A stretch of 64,000 bases of DNA from Mytilus californianus (lineage: Eukaryota): the NCBI RefSeq assembly GCF_021869535.1, contig NW_026262745.1, positions 12,772,001-12,836,000 of the forward strand, in the 5' to 3' direction. The position numbers were made by a program, and so were the translations under genes. The notes below the pieces were generated by a model. The model was not told the origin of the DNA. It worked only from the letters and a program-made list of their open reading frames with translations, and searched no databases. Numbering within the stretch: position 1 is the first letter of the stretch; every line of letters begins with the position of its first letter. Below, piece after piece: positions 63,416 to 64,000 of this stretch.

Positions 63416-64000
63416 GCTTAACTTTATATATTATTACGTCCTTCAAGTAAACATGGAGCTGTATGTCTATATACTATGAACGCCGTGTTTAAATACTTCC
63501 TCTTTCTTGATGACTGCTCATTGACAATGCTTCAACAAATTTGTAATCGTTCAGTGTTTTTTTTCAACTTTTCTTTCTTAGATTTTTCGCCCTGATTGTA
63601 CTCTCTGTGAAAACGTTATCAATGTTATCACAAACGAAACAATAGTTCGATCAACTTCCCGTCATTCAACATCCCAATATCAAGAATGATACAAATGCAT
63701 ATTTCTATAGTTTCTTAATGCGAATAGTCTTTAAAGTCTTATTTATATAATCCCACACGAAATGGAATCTTTAGAAACCTGTATCATATGAATACAATGA
63801 AAATATTTTTGGGTTTTTTTTATGACGAATATCTTGTTCGCATAGTTATATAATGCACAATATTTTTCTTCATTGTTGATATTCAGAGAACACAAAAACT
63901 TGATATTACTCTTTATATTGAAATTAATAACATTGCACTTTTTTAAATCTTAGACAATAATAGACACAGACTCATATATATTTAAATATTTCTGAAAAAT

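Larger units (their letters stand above)
58545..63950. repeat. Segmental duplication unit 2
   Basis: See unit 1. Similarity continues close to the window end. Confidence 0.85.

Overview
AT-rich eukaryotic genomic DNA from a bivalve mollusc, probably Mytilus (inferred from the repeat families and a hammerhead-ribozyme repeat with a ~350-nt unit). All recognisable host genes are on the minus strand. Left half: three tandem, spliced paralogues of a 4-TM TMEM272-like protein, reconstructed by hand from GT-AG sites. Copy A (1690-4404) lacks its last exon, which is probably beyond the left edge. Copy B (8669-14894) gives a complete 199-aa frame. Copy C (23452-28841) has no resolved start exon. All three carry an N-terminal PPxY motif. 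Right half: a tandem segmental duplication (~49.4-55.9 kb and ~58.5-64 kb), each unit containing a single-exon class A GPCR. The right copy is intact (409 aa). The left copy is split in intracellular loop 3 by a 472-bp Penelope-like insertion, with both halves still open. The rest is mobile DNA: Penelope-like (probably Naiad-type) RT copies, a near full-length decayed RTEX-like LINE, a Helentron-type element with a 166-bp satellite, Tc1/mariner-type and Kolobok-type MITEs, a tRNA-derived SINE, and type I hammerhead ribozyme repeats, including a retrozyme with two ribozymes 347 nt apart. Family assignments come from recalled motifs; no database search was run.
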